This document shows positions 47,001 to 55,549 of a DNA stretch of 64,000 nucleotides, piece after piece (the first letter of the stretch is position 1; each line of letters starts with the position of its first letter). The position numbers were made by a program, and so were the translations under genes. The notes under the pieces are model-generated. The model had not been told where the DNA came from, made no database searches, and saw only the letters and a program-made list of their open reading frames with translations. Source of the DNA: Pristiophorus japonicus (taxonomy: Eukaryota); assembly GCF_044704955.1 (NCBI RefSeq), contig NC_091995.1, positions 7,316,001 through 7,380,000 of the forward strand, given 5' to 3'.

Positions 47001-50000
47001 CCATTATATCAGCAGCAACAGCCGTAATCACAAGGCCTGCAAACACCCAGAAAATTACCAGCCAGACGTTGACCACATCGACTTTAGGGAAAAACTCATC
47101 TAAGGTAAAAAAAAACAGAATCAGTATCGGATTGTACAACAAACACTGGGTTCTCATTCCAAATATTATTCATAGGTCTTCAGCAATCCTCAGCAGCAAT
47201 CTCTGGTGCTGACTTCCATCCGAATTATATTGGTAAATAACATCAGTGATAACAAAGACTTACATTATTATAAATGTAAAATACTGCGGATGCTTGAAAT
47301 CTGAAACACAAACAGAAAATGCTGTAAATACTCAGCAGGTCAGGTAGCTTCTGTGGAGAGAGAAACATTGTATTAATATAGTGCCTTTAACAAGAGAAAT
47401 ACTTTCCAAGGCACTATATTAACACTATTTCTCTGTTAATGCGTGTGGTGTGAGGACAAATTAGTTAAATGAGGAGAGGTGACCAAAAGCTTTGTCACAT
47501 TTGTGAGTTTTGAGTTTTAAGGAGGATCTGAAAATGAGAAGATGGAGGTGGAGAGGTAGAAGGGTTTGGAGAGGGAATTCCAGAAATGGATCCTAGGTGG
47601 CTGAAGGCACTGCACCCAATGATGGGTCAAAAGGAAAATGGAATGGACAAGAACCAAACCTTACAGACGATAAGATTGATATTAATCCTAAAAGTGCAGT
47701 AAAAACCGTAAAGGGGCCGAAATTGCCCTCAGTGGGAAATTGGGGAGGGCACTTTGAATCAAGTGGAAATTTACCGCCTGGCGGGAGTCAGAGGGAAGAG
47801 CCGGAAAATTTGTCTCTTTAACTCTGACACCGCCTCTCAGCGTTTGAGCGCTGTTTGAGGCGGTACAGGGGCAGGTTTGTGAGGGAGCAGGGCGGTGTCC
47901 ATCAGGGCCGCACTGACCATGTCAGCGCGGTGGTGATGACGTCAGCGCGACGTGGAAGTGCTGTGTTGCAACATTCGTCCCCTTCACTTAAAGGAGAGGG
48001 ACACTGTGAGGCCGATGTGGAGCCCACTGGGCCACCAGGAAGGTGTTCGGCTGGACCAGCGGCGCGGGACCAAAGAGCGGGTGCCGGACTGCCTGTTGGC
48101 AGCTCGGCGAACCAACGGCCGACAATTAAAACAAAATGGCGGCCGCGGCGTTGCGCCCTCCCCTTCATGGGCGGCTGCACCACCCAGCCACTGGCAGTTT
48201 CCCGACTCTTGAAGCTGTCAGTAGCACGAACCTGCGAGGCAAATTCCCCCACGGGGCAGAAAACGAGCCGTCGCTGGTCGGTAAGGGGTCAGCATTCCGG
48301 GCGGGGCGGAAACACGGGGCATGGCAGAAACCCGTTCCCACCGCCCCCGGCTCGGGGACAATTCCCAATGGGTTGGCCCCGCCGACTACCCCCGGGCCGA
48401 AAGGCCTTACTACCCTATTTGAGGCAGTAATGGGTCTTAAAGAGGGCAATTTCCACCCAAAAAGGTATAAACATATGAACTAAGTGGATTGCACAGACTC
48501 TTACACAATAGAACAATGAAATTATATAACTGGAGAATCCTGCAACGCTTGCATATCCTTTATAGGATAATGTAGGATTAATAAACAATCTCCTTGTAAA
48601 AGATCCCCTTGGAATGAGTGACCATAGCACGGTTGTATTTTAAATTCAGATGGAGGGCGAGAATGTTGGATCTCAAACCAGCGTACTAAGCTTAAATAAA
48701 GGAGACTACAAAGCTATGAGGGCAGAGTTGCCTAAAGTGGACTGGGAAAATAGATTAAAATATAGAACGGTTGATGAACAGTGGTGTACATTTAAGGAGA
48801 TATTTCATAACTCTAAAGAAAAATATATTCCAGTGAGGAGGAAAGATTATAAAAGAAAAGATAGCCATCCGTGGCTGACTAAAGAAATAAAGGATGGTAT
48901 CCAATTAAAAACAAGGGCATACAAAGTGACCAAAACTAGTAGGAGGACAGAAGATTGGGAAGCTTTTAAAGCCAGCAAAGAACAACTAAAAAATGATTAA
49001 GAAAGGGAAGATAGACTAAGAAAGTAAACTAGCATGAAATATAAAAACAGATAGCAAGAGTTTCTACAGGTATATAAAAAGGAAAAGAGTGGCTAAAGTA
49101 AATGTTGATCCATTAGAGGACGAGACCGGGGAATTAGTGATGGGGAACATGGAGATGGCAGAAACTCTGAACAAATATTTAGTTAATATCAGTCTTTATG
49201 GTAGAGGACACTAAAAATATCCCAACAGTAGATAGTCAAGGGGCTAGGGGGGAGGAACTTACACAATCACAATCACAAAGGAGGTGGTACTCAGTAAGAT
49301 AAATCCCCTGGACCTGACGGCTTGCATCCTCGGGTCTTAAGAGAAGTAGCGGCAGGGATCGTGGATGCATAGTTTGTAATTTACCAAAATTCCCTGGATT
49401 CTGGGACAGTCCCAGCAGGTTGGAAAACTGTAAATGTAATGCCCCTATTTAAAAAAGGAGGCAAGCAAAAAGCAGGAAACTATAGACCAGTTAGCCTAAC
49501 ATCTGTGGTTGGGAAATGTTGGAGTCCATAATTAAAGAAGCAGGAGCAGGACATTTGGAAAAGCAACATTCAGTCAGGCAGAGTCAGCATGGATTTATGA
49601 AGGGGAAGTCATGTTTCACAAATTTGCTGGAATTCTTTGACGATGTAACGAACAGGGTGCATAAAGGGGAACCAGTGGATGTGGTGTATTTGGATTTCCA
49701 GAAGGCATTTGACAAGGTGCCACATAAAATGTTACTGCACAAGATAAAAGTTCACGGGGTTGGGGGTAATATACTAGCATGGATAGAGGATTGGCTAACT
49801 AACAGAAAACAGAGAGTCGGGATAAATGGTTCATTCTTGGGTTGGCAATCAGTAACTAGTGCCTCAGGGATCAGTGCTGTTTACAACTATTTACAATCTA
49901 TATTAACGACTTGGAAGAAGGGACCGAGTCTAAGGTAGTCAAGTTTGCTGACGATACAAAGATGGGAGGAAAAGCAATGTGTGAGGAGGACACAAAAAAT

Positions 50001-53000
50001 CTGCAAAAGGACATAGACAGGCTAAGTGAGTGGGCAAAAATTTGGCCGATGGAGTATAATGTTGGAAAGTGTGAGGCTATGCACTTTGGCAGAAAAAAAA
50101 TCGAAGAACAAGTTATTATTTAAATGGAGAATAATTGCAAAGTGCCGCAGTACAGCGGGACCTGGGGGTTCTGGTGCATGAAACACAAAAGTTTAGTATG
50201 CAGGTACAGCAAGTGATCAGGGCCAATGGAATCTTGGCCTTTATCGCAAAGGGGATGGAGTATAAAAGCAGGGAAGTCTTGCTACAGCTATATAAGGTAT
50301 TGGTGAGGCCACACCTGGAATATTGCATGCAGTTTTGGTTTCCATATTTACAAAAGGATACACTTGCTTTGAAGGCAATTCAGCGAAGGTTCACAAGGTT
50401 GATTCCGGAGATGAGGGAGTTGGCTTATAATGAAAGGTTGAGTAAGTTGGGCCTCTACTCATTGGAATTCAGCAGAATGAGAGGTGATCTTATCGAAACG
50501 TATAAGATTATGAGGGGGCTTGACAAGGTGGATGCAGAGAGGATGTTTCCACTGATATGGGAGACTAGAACTAGGGGGTATAATCTTAGAATAAGGGGCC
50601 GCCCATTTAAAACTGAGATGAGGAGGAATTTCTTCTCTCAGAGGGTTGTAAATCTAAGGAATTCGCTGCCTCAGAGAGCTGTGGATGCTGGGTCATTGAA
50701 TAAATTTAAGTTTCTTAACCGATAAGGGAATAAGGGGTTATGGAGAGCAGGCAGGGAAGTGGACCCGAGTCCATGATACGATCAGCCATGATCGTATTAA
50801 ATGGTGAAGCAGGCTCGAGGGGCCGTATGGCCTACTCCTGCTCCTATTTCTTATATTTTTATGTTCCTATGTAATTTTCTCTATGAGAACTTCATTACAT
50901 TGTTAAATAATATTAATGATAATAAAGAGTTATATTAATTTAAAAGTAAAATAATGCGGATGCTTAAAATCTGAAATAAAAACAGAAAATGCAGGAAATA
51001 TAAGTGTTCTTGCTCCTAATCTCTATCCAGTGACCACTGTTGGAATATAGACAAGTGGACATTGGGTGAGGTCTGATCAGGCTCAACTGCTGTGCCGCAG
51101 ATAATCCACAAGCTTGTCAACTTCCTAGGTTGAAGTATGAAAAACTGCCCCTTGGACATGTTCCACAGGAGAACCAATGCTCGTAGATCCACACCCAGTC
51201 TGAGTTTGTGCCTTCAGGAGAGGAGAAATAAAGTTCGTTTTTTTTTATGAAATGATTTCTCAGCTCTCACATACCTGATATCTGGATATGGGCCTCTCGT
51301 TGTTTGCGCAAGAACCGGTTTTGTATGAAACATGAAAACTTGTTTACAGAATCACTTGTGACATCAATGTGACTCTGGACAGCAATAAGGCCTTTGGAGT
51401 CCTTTATGAATTCTGTTTCAGACCATTCTGTCATTTCTTGTCCATTCCCATCCTCCCACCGTATCTGTGGTTCAGGATACCATCCATCTGATTTACACAC
51501 AACACGAACTCCTTGTTTGTTGTTTTCCTCCAGGTGAATCCAAGGTCGATGTCCAAAACCTGCAATTAGGATTTAATTAGTAATAAAAAATATTACTCAT
51601 TTTTATTGGTAAATGTGTAATTGCAACAATCTATAATCATTTTTGTCTGTTAAATTGTTAATATAGGATGACCTATTCCTCCATTGAGTGACCCAAGTAT
51701 TAAAATCGGTGGGGTCATTTTAACTTTCGCCAATAGTATAAACAGGCAATATCGGATTGACAGCATGATGTGACCACCATTTCTGTGCCTTCTTTCTCAG
51801 CCAGCAGGGGTCTGCTTGTGAATCTGAATCAGACCGCTTTTCCCGTCTCCAGCATTCTCCATCATTCTAAACTCCTTCATCCCGCCTTCACTCAATCTCT
51901 TCATCAACAACTACTCTGTGGCATCAACAGTTTCTGTTTCTTTAATTTATTTCCCTCTCCACTTGTAGCTTTTTGTTCCATTCCAGATACCAAACACACC
52001 AAGAAAGAGGGCACTGACGTTATATGGCGGAAGGGCCTCAGACAGGCTGAGGCTGAACATTAATTGTCTGACGATGACTCCCATCTAACGACACACCATG
52101 ACCCCATGACCAAACACCAAATCGTAATCTCCCAGTGTTAGCAAAATCAACCCTCCCCCAACCCCATGCTTTCAATCTTATTGTTCCCCAACCCACAGCC
52201 AATTTCCAATTCCTCCCCAATATTCACAAATAGGACTGACTTGGTAGATTCTACTTACTGCTGTCCCACTAGACTAATATCCTCTGACCTTAACTCTTGT
52301 CCAGTCTGTACCCACCTATATCTGTGACTCTTCTGATACCCTCTGCAACTGACGATTTTGCGTTTTCTGCCAATCATTTCCTTTTACCATGCACAGTCCT
52401 TCAAAAGCTCCGTCCCTCACCAGCTATGACTCCAGTCACAGGAAAGTTTCCAGCTTATCTGCATTGACTTCAGTTTTACTCGGGCTCCTTGGTGCCACAC
52501 TCAGCTGAATGCTGCCTTATATCAAGGGTACTCACATCTCACCTGTAGAATTCATGTTGACGACTCCTTCCATCAGTTTACTGATGATTGGAAGTAGGCT
52601 TATAGGGTAGAAACTGGCCAGGTTGGACTTGTCCTGCGTTTTGAGGACAGGACATATCTGGGCAATTTCCCACTTTGTCGACTGTCCACAATCAAATACC
52701 GATAGGAAACAGGCATTGTGGGTCACACAAGTACAGGGATTTCTGGCATCACCTCTTCAAAGTTAGCACCAGTAAGTTGTGGACACACAAAGCACCTTCC
52801 CCCTTTCCAATGGAATTTTGCATTGTTTGCAAAAAGAGGCAGAGAGGACTCAGAAATGCCATACAAGGTCCATGAATACATCCTGTTTTCAGTCGGCCGA
52901 TGATATTACCCTTCTGTACATGCCCTCTGATGACATCTTTCTATACACATGAATAAAAGGTTTCCAGTGGTGACATCATGCCAGTTCATGGGGTTACATA

Positions 53001-53821
53001 TTTGAATGAGCTCACAAGTGAATTGCTGTATAGGCCTGGCGTTGTCTGAACTCAGGAGTATTAGCGCTGTGTTGTCTGAACTATGAAGGATTATGCCTGC
53101 AGTACCGCTATACTTTGGTATCTCTGTATAGTCGAGCAGAGCTTAATATCATCACTGCCTGCCTGTGGCCTGACTACCACTGACTGGATCAAATTCCAGG
53201 CCGAATCCTGGATGAGTGGAGTCCAATTACACCTTCCACTTCCCTGTGTTGTCTGTACACTATTTTAATTGGTATATATTTCCAGTCTGTGCCAAAGATA
53301 GCAGTTTGAATTATTAGCAAAAATCTTGAATTTTCCAGTAAATTGTTTGTAGTTTTAATTTTCAAATAACATGGAGCTTGCTAATTGTCAATCATGATTT
53401 TAAAAATACTGGAACTTGAATATTGTGTCTTATACCCAGCACCCAATAGTAGTTTCCAACTAGGGGGACTAACCTTCAACTTGTAGATCTATCACTGCTT
53501 CCGCGTGGTATGTTTCGGAGTCAATGAAACACGTGTAGTTCCCTTCATCTGATGCTTTTACCTTCTGCAGTTTGAGAGAGGCATTTCCACGGGGAAACTC
53601 CTCTTTAAATAGTTCCGTCCTCCCTTGATAAGCTTTGTCCTGCACATCAGGTCGATCCTGTCCACCGGTGTATAAATGTACTGGCGAAGCCGAGTCTGAT
53701 GTAAACCATCGAATCTCCAGGTTATCCAGCGATATATCTGGTACCAGTTGGCATTCTAATACAATATCTTCACCTACAGTGACTCTGATGGGATCGTCTG
53801 CTACAAGCACACGGAATTTCT
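16492..53821 (-). CDS. Butyrophilin-like type I membrane protein (IgV-IgC-TM-short cytoplasmic linker-B30.2), 6 coding exons, 5' leader exon not found in window
   Basis: Exon lengths 348+285+129+27+27+533 nt, all AG/GT bounded and phase 1, join into one open frame of about 449 aa. The domain order is that of butyrophilins. Linkage across the 27.5-kb intron is inferred. Confidence 0.8.
17075..17405. repeat. GC-rich 41-bp minisatellite (two subunits of about 20 bp sharing ctcggggtc)
   Basis: tcggggtcagggggcgccgctcggggtcgggggggagtccc starts at 17158, 17199, 17240, 17281 and 17322. Confidence 0.92.
17600..17626 (-). CDS. 27-bp cytoplasmic micro-exon (G)YDEVDIDY
   Basis: Minus strand ttttgtttcggcag|gatatgatgaagtagatatagattatg|gtaagt: consensus donor, phase 1-1, no stop. 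Confidence 0.75.
18308..18826. mobile_element. Harbinger-type MITE
   Basis: TIRs ggggctgaatttgtagg ... ccacaatttagcccc; flanks aat / att. Confidence 0.7.
18918..19210. repeat. Highly degenerate tandem repeat of about 45 bp
   Basis: gaaagg(g)acagtatct...tgcac motif recurs 5-6 times. Confidence 0.5.
19413..19439 (-). CDS. 27-bp cytoplasmic micro-exon (E)LQLFCTLE
   Basis: Minus strand ttgattttcag|aactacagctgttttgcactttagaag|gtaagc: strong splice sites, phase 1-1. Confidence 0.75.
20308..21041. mobile_element. Non-autonomous DNA transposon (MITE A)
   Basis: TIR ggcccagacattccgg ... ccggaatttcagggcc; 3-bp flanks aat/att. Confidence 0.75.
21052..21724. mobile_element. Non-autonomous DNA transposon (MITE B), related to MITE A and in opposite orientation
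   Basis: TIR gggccagaaatc ... gatttctgggcc; flanks tat/aat. The body is reverse-complementary to much of MITE A. Confidence 0.75.
24467..24982. mobile_element. Degenerate Harbinger-derived non-autonomous element
   Basis: Reverse complement of 24880-24982 (taatccaggcggaacggtaaactttgcacc) resembles the left end of the Harbinger at 37744 (taatccaggcggatcagtaatttagcacc). The left boundary is uncertain. Confidence 0.5.
26313..27365 (-). mobile_element. CR1 3' portion nested in the L2
   Basis: YLDFQK...[30 protein letters not shown]; aacataagaac tail. Confidence 0.93.
27519..27764 (+). repeat. 5' LTR (246 bp) followed by a primer-binding site
   Basis: tgtcatgtattc...gacatatca, containing tataaaa and aataaa. 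PBS tggcgacgggat at 27766 resembles the complement of the tRNA-Ser(GCU) 3' end. Confidence 0.92.
27852..28098 (-). repeat. 3' LTR of the inner, inverted Gypsy copy
   Basis: Reverse complement of LTR1, adjacent to the reversed polypurine tract tcacctcccccc. Confidence 0.92.
28130..31572 (-). pseudogene. Degenerate Gypsy gag(C-terminus)-protease-RT-RNaseH-integrase
   Basis: ELDTG protease; WASPIVPV/RICGDYK/PFGI RT; EKEALA...ETDHK...RLQRWAL RNaseH; DYAG...SNNGPCFTS...PASNGQAE integrase. Multiple frameshifts. Confidence 0.92.
31573..32698 (+). mobile_element. Integrase 3' part + PPT + 3' LTR (32457-32698) of the outer Gypsy copy
   Basis: SDNGPCFTS...PASNGQAQ; ggggggggaggtga PPT directly before tgtcatgtattc. 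Confidence 0.92.
33982..36616 (+). mobile_element. Putative non-autonomous RTE-type retroposon carrying an expanded CpG minisatellite
   Basis: Interrupts the CR1 RT between the VDIV and FDK motifs. The 3' end gtcatcctcgaccctaacggactgcc resembles the RTE tail gtcttcctcgatttcgagggactgcc at about 24275. No coding capacity. Confidence 0.55.
34345..36225. repeat. 24/25-bp CpG-rich minisatellite (GGAGCGAGGTCGGGGCCCGGGARC)n, about 78 copies
   Basis: Tandem array read directly; about 4 CpG per unit. Confidence 0.97.
38054..40110 (+). pseudogene. Harbinger Myb/SANT-like DNA-binding protein gene, spliced and degenerate
   Basis: FSPTVLDALLEPVESRWNAL...LWREVAQHV...QCHNKFNGL, followed by a second exon ttgcag|VKLAHNMR...LTDEEERVSALM. 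The 3' extent is approximate. Confidence 0.65.
40393..41272 (-). pseudogene. HARBI1-like DDE transposase, internally deleted and frameshifted
   Basis: YLDLSEEQCVRRLHF, ALAFYASGSFQ, IGLLKQRFRCLDRSGGSLQYSP...CCMLHN. Confidence 0.88.
42934..45358 (-). mobile_element. CR1 LINE with an internal deletion (junction about 44850), nested in the L2
   Basis: 291-aa RT segment (YLDFQKAFDKVPH, FADDTKLGG), endonuclease segment, (aaacatag)n tail. Same subfamily as 8980-11780. Confidence 0.95.
46807..46945 (-). mobile_element. CR1 3' tail fragment ending about 25 bp from the TM-exon donor
   Basis: aagaacataagaaacaggagcaggagtaggcc...ctccccataaacccttatcccctt. Confidence 0.85.
46971..47099 (-). CDS. Transmembrane exon (129 bp)
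   Basis: ttttttttaccttag|(D)EFFPKVDVVNVWLVIFWVFAGLVITAVAADIMVHRKEDKKIK|gtagga: hydrophobic span followed by basic stop-transfer residues. Confidence 0.85.
47272..47367 (+). mobile_element. Short repeat resembling a Penelope-like element terminus (also about 50942-51000 on + and 15835-15885 on -)
   Basis: aaaatactgcggatgcttgaaatctgaaa...aacagaaaatgct recurs in the window. The family assignment is from memory. Confidence 0.45.
47368..47690 (-). mobile_element. L2 3' fragment
   Basis: ttgtattaatatagtgcctttaac is the reverse complement of the L2 tail; gagagggaattccaga motif. Confidence 0.55.
47713..48459. mobile_element. GC-rich Harbinger-type MITE
   Basis: TIR gggccgaaattgccctc ... gagggcaatttccaccc. 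Confidence 0.75.
48565..50872 (+). mobile_element. CR1 LINE, 5'-truncated
   Basis: [38 protein letters not shown]; ttcttat tail. Confidence 0.95.
51005..51225 (+). mobile_element. Third copy of the old SINE-like repeat, with an unexpanded 27-bp segment
   Basis: cttgctcctaatctctatccagtgaccactgttggaa...gggtgagg...ccttcaggagaggag; aligns with 4085-4285. Confidence 0.55.
51275..51559 (-). CDS. IgC-type domain exon (285 bp)
   Basis: attgcag|(G)FGHRPWIHLEE...VVCKSDGWYPEPQIRWED...FSCFIQN...HIQIS|gtatgt: B7/BTN-type C..GWYP.P...W...C pattern. Confidence 0.92.
52540..52900 (-). mobile_element. Degenerate LINE RT fragment
   Basis: WEIAQICPVLK..DKSNLASFYPISLLPIISKLMEGVVN. Confidence 0.6.
53474..53821 (-). 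CDS. IgV domain exon (348 bp)
   Basis: ttttaccag|xKFRVLVADDP...VLECQL...IRWF...VHLY...YQGRTELF...GNASLKL...SDEGNYTCF...LQVE|gttagt: BTN/MOG-type V-set signature. Confidence 0.95.
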
Positions 53822-55549
53822 CTGGTAAAATATAACATTTTGAACAACATCAGCGATATTACTGTCGCAAAGGATTTAATCTTAATGGAGGTATTTTAAG
53901 GGAAACAAATAAAATTCCATTTTTAGTGTTACTAATTCTTCCAATAATCATGAATCTGGAAAATAAATTTGGAATAATTGCCTAAATGGGACAGATCATT
54001 GTAAAAACTATCACTGTCTCACTATATACAGTGTATATAAATAGGTAGGGGTAATAAAAGGGCATTCTGAACATTAACCTTAATATTATAGAAATTGACA
54101 CCACAGGAGGGCATTTGGCCCCCGGTGTCTGTGTCGGCTGAAAAAGCTATCCAGCCTAATCCCACTTTCCAGCTCTTGGTCCATAGCCCTGTAGGTTACG
54201 GCACTTCAAGTACATATCGAAGTACTTTTTAAATACGATGGGAGTTTCCTGCCTCTACCACCCTTTCAAGCAGTGAGTTCCAGACCCCCACCACCATCTG
54301 GGTGAAAAAAGTTCTCAACTCCCCTCTAATCCTTCTACCAATTACTTTAATCAATAACCTTTCTGCTAAGGGAATTACATCCTTCCTATCCATTCTATCC
54401 AGGCCCCTCATAATTTTATGCACCTCAATTAAATCTCCCGTCGTCCTCCTCTGTTCCAAAGAAAACAACCCCAGCCTATCCAATCTTTCCTCATACCTGA
54501 AATTCTCCTGTCCAGGAAACATCCTCATAAATCTCCTCTGTACCCTCATTAGTGCAAACGCATCCTTCCTATAATGTGGGGACCAGAACTGTGGCCTAAC
54601 TAGTGTTTTATACAGTTCAAACATAACCCCCCTGCTCTTGTATTCTATGCTTCAGCTTATAAAGGAAAGTATCCTGCATGTCTTCTTAGCCACCTTATGT
54701 ACCTGTCCTGCTACCTTCAGGGATTTGTGAACATAGAGAGGGCTATAAGGAGGCAGGAACTTAATACAATCACTATCACTAAAGAAGTAGTACTCAGTAA
54801 AATAATGAGACTAAAGGCGGACAAGTCCCCTGGAGCTGATGGCTTTCATCCTCGGGTCTTAAAGGAAGTGGCCTCAGACATAGTGGATAGTAGATGCATT
54901 GGTTGTAACCTACCAAAATTCCCTGGATTCTGGAGAGGTCCCAGCAGATTGGAAAACCGCAAATGTAACGCCCCTATTTAAAAAAGGAGGCAGACAGAAA
55001 GCAGGGAACTATAGACCAGTTAGCTTAACTTCGGTCCCTGGGGAAAATGCTGGAGTCCATTATTAAGGAAGCAGTAGCAGGATATTTGGAAAGCATAATT
55101 CAATCAAGCAGAGCCAGCATAGTTTTATGAAAGGGAAACCATGTTTGAAAAATTTGTTGGAGTTCTTTCAGGATGTAACGAGTAGGGTGGATAAGGGGTA
55201 ACCAGTGGATGTGGTGTATTTGGATGTCCAGGAGGCATTCGATAAGGTGCCACATAAAAGGTTACTGCACAAGATAAAAGTTCACGGGGTTGGGGGTAAT
55301 ATATTAGCATGGATAGAGGATTGGTTAACTAACACAAAACAGAAAGTCGGGATAAATGGGTCATTTTCCAGTTGGCAAACAATAACTAGTGGGGTGCCGC
55401 AGGGATTGGTGCTGGGGCCTCAACTATTTACAATCTATATTAATGACTTGAATGAAGGGACAGAGAGTTATGTAGCCAAGTTTGCTGATGATACAAAGAT
55501 GGGTGGCAAATCAAATTGTGAGGACACAAAAAATCTACAAAGGGATATG

